Source: a virus (taxonomy: Duplodnaviria; Caudoviricetes). From it: 48,844 nt of DNA. Every line of letters starts with the position of its first letter. Position 1 is the first letter of the stretch. Below, piece by piece: positions 47,236 to 48,844 of the stretch. Location of the stretch: positions 1 to 48,844 of the IMG/VR virus record IMGVR_UViG_3300044806_000237. The stretch is one strand, 5' to 3'. A program made the position numbers and the translations under genes. Below the pieces are notes generated by a model that saw only the letters and a program-made list of their open reading frames with translations, was not told the origin of the DNA and did not search any database.

Positions 47236-48294
47236 ATGTCCACAGCACTCACAACCTCGCCAGCTTCGGAAGATCCACGGAAGCAAAATGGAAATTCCCT
47301 CAAACCCGGCTTCCAGTCAGTTGAGGGATACAAGCTCGCCCTGAAGTTCTCTGAGGCGTTCGCATCGTCAACATTGGTCCCTATGGCCTACCGAGCTAAT
47401 CAGGCAAACTGCATGATTGCTATTTCGATGGCGAGCCGGATGAATGCTGATCCGCTTACCGTGATGCAGAATCTTCACATAATCCAAGGCAAGCCGAGTT
47501 TTTCGGCACAGTTCCTGGTTGCCAGTTGGAACGCCTGCGGACGATTTGGCCCAATCCGCTACCAGTGGACAGAAAAGCGGGATGGATGCCGAGCCATTTC
47601 GAAGGATCTTGAGACCGGCGAAGTGTTGATTGGCACTCAGATCACAATAGCAATGGCCAAGGCTGAAGGATGGTACGGTAAGCCTGGCAGCAAATGGCAG
47701 ACGATGCCGGAACAGATGCTGATGTATCGCGCCGGGACGTTTTTGGTCCGAGCGTATGCCGCTGAGATCGCATTGGGCATTCAGACGACCGAAGAGGCTG
47801 AGGACATTACCGGCATGACGGCCGTTGATGTCACGTCTGATGATCTGAAGAGGATTGAAGTTCCGGCACAACAGACCGGCGTTCAGGTTGTTGAGTCTTC
47901 GCCGGAATCTGGTGAAGTGGTTGTTGCGCCCGTTGTCCCTTCCTCTCCGGCCGAAAAGAAGGAAGTCGTTGCTGAGCTTGTCACCACAGCAGAAACCACA
48001 ACAACAGCCACCAGCACCCTCGACGCCAACGGCGAAGGCCCAGTTTGCCAAGAAACACTCGCCTTCCTTGGGGAACTGGTTAAAGAAATCAATCCACCAA
48101 GAGATATCTGGGTTGGCACATTGCAAAAACGATTCGGTGTAACATCCGCCAAGGAACTGAACGAGAATCAGGCTCAGTCAATCGTTAAGTGGGCGAAGTC
48201 AAAGGTTGAATCCATCCGGCTTACAAAGTGGTCGGCCGGAGAGGGAGAGAAACGCGAGGCGAGCCAAGAGGCCGCACCCTTTCAGACCACGTAG
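47236..48294 (+). CDS. RecT-like single-strand annealing protein
   Basis: NCMIAISMASRMNADPLTVMQNLHIIQGKPS...MAKAEGW..KPGSKWQTMPEQMLMYRA. Confidence 0.75.
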   Translation: MSTALTTSPASEDPRKQNGNSLKPGFQSVEGYKLALKFSEAFASSTLVPMAYRANQANCMIAISMASRMNADPLTVMQNLHIIQGKPSFSAQFLVASWNACGRFGPIRYQWTEKRDGCRAISKDLETGEVLIGTQITIAMAKAEGWYGKPGSKWQTMPEQMLMYRAGTFLVRAYAAEIALGIQTTEEAEDITGMTAVDVTSDDLKRIEVPAQQTGVQVVESSPESGEVVVAPVVPSSPAEKKEVVAELVTTAETTTTATSTLDANGEGPVCQETLAFLGELVKEINPPRDIWVGTLQKRFGVTSAKELNENQAQSIVKWAKSKVESIRLTKWSAGEGEKREASQEAAPFQTT

Positions 48295-48491
48295 TGTTGA
48301 CCTGAACAACTTGAACCATTGGCCGACGCCGCTCCACACAATAGTCCAGTCACACGGGGCAGATGTCGTTTATCAAAAAGGGCTGGACGTTCTTGGATAC
48401 CCGCCGACATTGGCGACCGAGACGGCTGAAATTGTTTCAGTTGTCTCTGCTTTGAACATTTTCAAAAATTCAAATTGAAGGAAGAATTGAC

Positions 48492-48844
48492 ATGCTGACC
48501 GATGACGACATGACAGCAATCAGTGACCTCGGTGGAGACTTCGCACCAGGACCACAGGGCATGGACGAGAACTATGAATTCGACTCCTCGGATGTCGATG
48601 AGAAGGAGTTGGATACGTCCGGCTTTCTCGACCAAGAGGGCTGGTATCACTTCGAAATTACCAAGGTGGAACTGCACCTCGGACTGGTCGATAGCGAGAA
48701 CAAAGAGAACACGCCTCTCATTCTTGTGACATGCAAGTCACTTAACTCTGCGAAGGGCCAGAGCCCGCCGGGAAGCGTTCTCTGGCATCGAATCTATGTT
48801 GGTCAAAAGGGTGGCGGGCCAGCAAAACAGGGATCGATTGATTC
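48492..48844 (+). CDS. Partial gene, DUF669-like ssDNA-binding protein candidate
   Basis: Open frame MLTDDDM...FLDQEGWYHFEITKVE... to the window end; follows the recombinase; absent from the ORF track. Confidence 0.5.
   Translation, partial: MLTDDDMTAISDLGGDFAPGPQGMDENYEFDSSDVDEKELDTSGFLDQEGWYHFEITKVELHLGLVDSENKENTPLILVTCKSLNSAKGQSPPGSVLWHRIYVGQKGGGPAKQGSID

Larger units (their letters stand above)
263..48250. repeat. Dispersed motif CGGCCG plus a 10-13 nt purine tract (consensus about CGGCCGGAGAGGAGGG), about 43 copies
   Basis: Manual scan; positions listed under findings. Confidence 0.85.
5993..48736. promoter_or_regulatory. Dispersed intergenic motif ATGCATGTNACA(T/A), about 11 copies; candidate operator
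   Basis: 5993, 8359, 18018, 22605, 25700 (with an inverted half at 25682), 28052, 38928, 39575, 41211, 45193, 48724. Confidence 0.7.

Noticed and set aside
263-48250. Dispersed CGGCCG-purine motif as a CRISPR array, REP element or protein repeat (SSPA)
   Set aside because: No regular repeat-spacer structure, mostly intragenic, and read in several frames and both strands, so it is not a peptide repeat

Overview
This window is an apparently continuous segment of a temperate, long-tailed dsDNA bacteriophage genome. A Planctomycetota host is plausible from the Cys-rich virion proteins and the papain/thioredoxin-type lysis region, but that is inference only. Positions 1-38.8 kb form one minus-strand late region. 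In transcription order it holds lysis-like membrane/peptidase genes, a Dam-type methyltransferase, a large terminase with a 127-aa mini-intein, a Mu-like protease/scaffold, decoration and major capsid proteins, a gp36-like adaptor and the tail tube. It continues with a frameshifting tail chaperone, tape measure and Cys-rich tail proteins, a sugar-nucleotide modification cluster, a displaced portal fused to an InPase domain, and a 1945-aa polyvalent protein carrying an N6-MTase. An AT-rich, repeat-bearing divergence region lies at about 39 kb. An attP-like tRNA-Lys 3' half lies at about 45 kb, followed by plus-strand early genes (HTH, PolB-type exonuclease, RecT-like protein, SSB-like protein). 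The most striking unexplained signals are two dispersed DNA motifs: about 43 copies of CGGCCG plus a purine tract, embedded in genes in several reading frames on both strands, and about 11 mostly intergenic copies of ATGCATGTNACA. A shared acidic-basic-Tyr peptide motif at domain boundaries of head proteins is also notable. All family assignments are by eye from motifs, with no database search.
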